This document shows, piece by piece, positions 63,350-64,000 of a stretch of 64,000 nt of DNA. This DNA comes from Octopus sinensis (Eukaryota). The stretch is from NCBI RefSeq assembly GCF_006345805.1, contig NC_043014.1, positions 48,856,001 to 48,920,000 of the forward strand, read 5' to 3'. Both the position numbers and the translations under genes were made by a program. A model generated the notes under the pieces. The model did no database searches, was not told the DNA's origin, and worked only from the letters and a program-made list of their open reading frames with translations. The number at the start of each line of letters is the position of its first letter. Positions within the stretch are counted from its first letter, which is position 1.

Positions 63350-63812
63350 AAGTATCTGTGTGTGTATGTGTGTGTGCGTGCATACATATAGATATGCATG
63401 TGTGTGTAAGTGTGTGTGCGCGTACATATAGACATGCATGTGTGTGTATAAGTGTGTGTGAGTATACATATAGGCATTCATGTGTGTAAGTGTGTCGTGT
63501 GTGTGTGTATGTGTTTATGTATGTATATGTATGTGTGTGTGTAGTGGTGTATTTATATATGCTTTGTATGTCTCTATATTTATGTGTATGTGTTGTGTGT
63601 GCACACGCGTGCGTGTAAGTGCTTGTGTGCATGTGTGTGTGTGTATAAGTGTATGTTTGTGTGCGTGTGGTGTGTGTGTGTATGTATGTATATATATATT
63701 TCCAAGTAAATTTATCTATATATATATATAAATATATACATACAGGCACATATATATATATGTGTATGTATGTATGTAATTATATGAATCTGTGTTTGTG
63801 TGTGTATGTAAT

Positions 63813-63859
<47 letters not shown>

Positions 63860-64000
63860 GATGCATATGTATATATATACTATATATATATGTATATACA
63901 CATACACAAACACATATATGTATGTATGTACGTATGTATGTAATTATATGACTGTGTGTGTGTACTTTAGTCAAAAGGCAGTAAGTGATCCTTGGATTAC

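Noticed and set aside
60409-64000. Upstream protease exons (IVGG / TAAHC)
   Set aside because: No such motifs found; they presumably lie beyond the window

Overview
Eukaryotic, AT-rich, microsatellite- and SINE-dense genomic DNA. The repeat content suggests an octopus (coleoid cephalopod), but this is inference. Most ORFs in the track are microsatellite or repeat artefacts. Real content, rebuilt by hand from GT-AG splice sites and codon phase: (1) the first five coding exons of an RNA polymerase I subunit RPA34 (POLR1G/CD3EAP)-like gene on the minus strand (8773 to 1633, running off the left edge), invisible in the ORF track; (2) two intact, tandem, 10-exon, ~493-aa hydroxyproline dehydrogenase (PRODH2-type) genes on the plus strand (13577-29344 and 33554-48825), produced by a ~19-kb segmental duplication; (3) the last four exons of an S1A chymotrypsin-fold serine protease on the minus strand (60408 to 51903), plus an orphan duplicate of its last exon (~30450-30620) in which an 18-bp deletion removes exactly the splice acceptor and the catalytic GDSGG codons; (4) many transposons: Tc1, mariner, hAT MITEs, Helitron-like elements, RTE/CR1/R4 LINE fragments, tRNA-SINEs and Penelope-type remnants carrying minimal hammerhead-ribozyme motifs. 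One hammerhead motif (49383-49465) is complete and lies on the sense strand just downstream of the second PRODH2 stop. There is no CRISPR array and no clearly new multi-gene system. The best leads are paralog divergence at the PRODH active site and the 3'-UTR hammerhead.
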